The notes under the pieces: model-generated
What the model saw: only the letters and a program-made list of their open reading frames with translations
What the model was told of the DNA's origin: nothing
Databases searched by the model: none
Part shown: positions 63,936 to 64,000 of the stretch, piece after piece
How the letters are laid out: each line of letters starts with the position of its first letter
How positions within the stretch are numbered: the stretch's first letter is position 1
Position numbers and translations under genes: made by a program
Sequence record: PV261925.1
Strand: one strand, 5' to 3'
Length of the DNA stretch: 64,000 nucleotides

Positions 63936-64000
63936 TGGAGCCTCTGACAAGATTTGAACTTGCGACCTGAGCTTTACAAAAGCCCTGCTCTACCACTGAG
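63936..64000 (-). tRNA. tRNA-Thr(TGT), 5' end outside the window, CCA encoded
   Basis: GGGCT-TT-TGT-AA-AGCTC; GTTCAAAT; ends ...AGGCTCCA. Confidence 0.85.

Noticed and set aside
62334-63996. ORF-track proteins 62334-62591, 63394-63591 and the N-terminal part of 63646-63996
   Set aside because: These are translations of tRNA genes; only 63646-63846 looks like a real CDS
1-64000. CRISPR array, rRNA, integrase or transposase
   Set aside because: No regularly spaced direct repeats or matching motifs were seen by eye

Overview
64 kb of a T4-like cyanomyovirus (Kyanoviridae-type, probably Synechococcus-infecting), mostly on the minus strand. In order along the window: baseplate/tail module (gp5, hub, two large peptidoglycan-hydrolase virion proteins, gp51, gp26, gp4, tail-tube initiator, gp2, gp48, gp53); replication/transcription genes (gp32, gp59, gp33, exonuclease, phoH, thyX); photosynthesis and host-metabolism genes (psbD, psbA, petE, petF, hli, thioredoxin, pstS, talC); a ~17 kb sugar-nucleotide/glycosyltransferase island; and a tRNA array (8 complete, 1 truncated by the window edge). 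Five free-standing homing-endonuclease-like genes are present. The most notable unannotated signals are: a tandem glutamine-riboswitch-like RNA with an ORF inside one stem-loop and a GIY-YIG gene between the two aptamers; a T4-gene-32-like H-type pseudoknot in the gp32 leader; a synonymously recoded psbA 3' end beside an F-CphI-like endonuclease; a duplicated promoter+leader element; and several other repeated non-coding motifs. All calls are by eye from motifs and synteny, with no database search. Family names for hypothetical proteins and RNA motifs come from memory and need confirmation.
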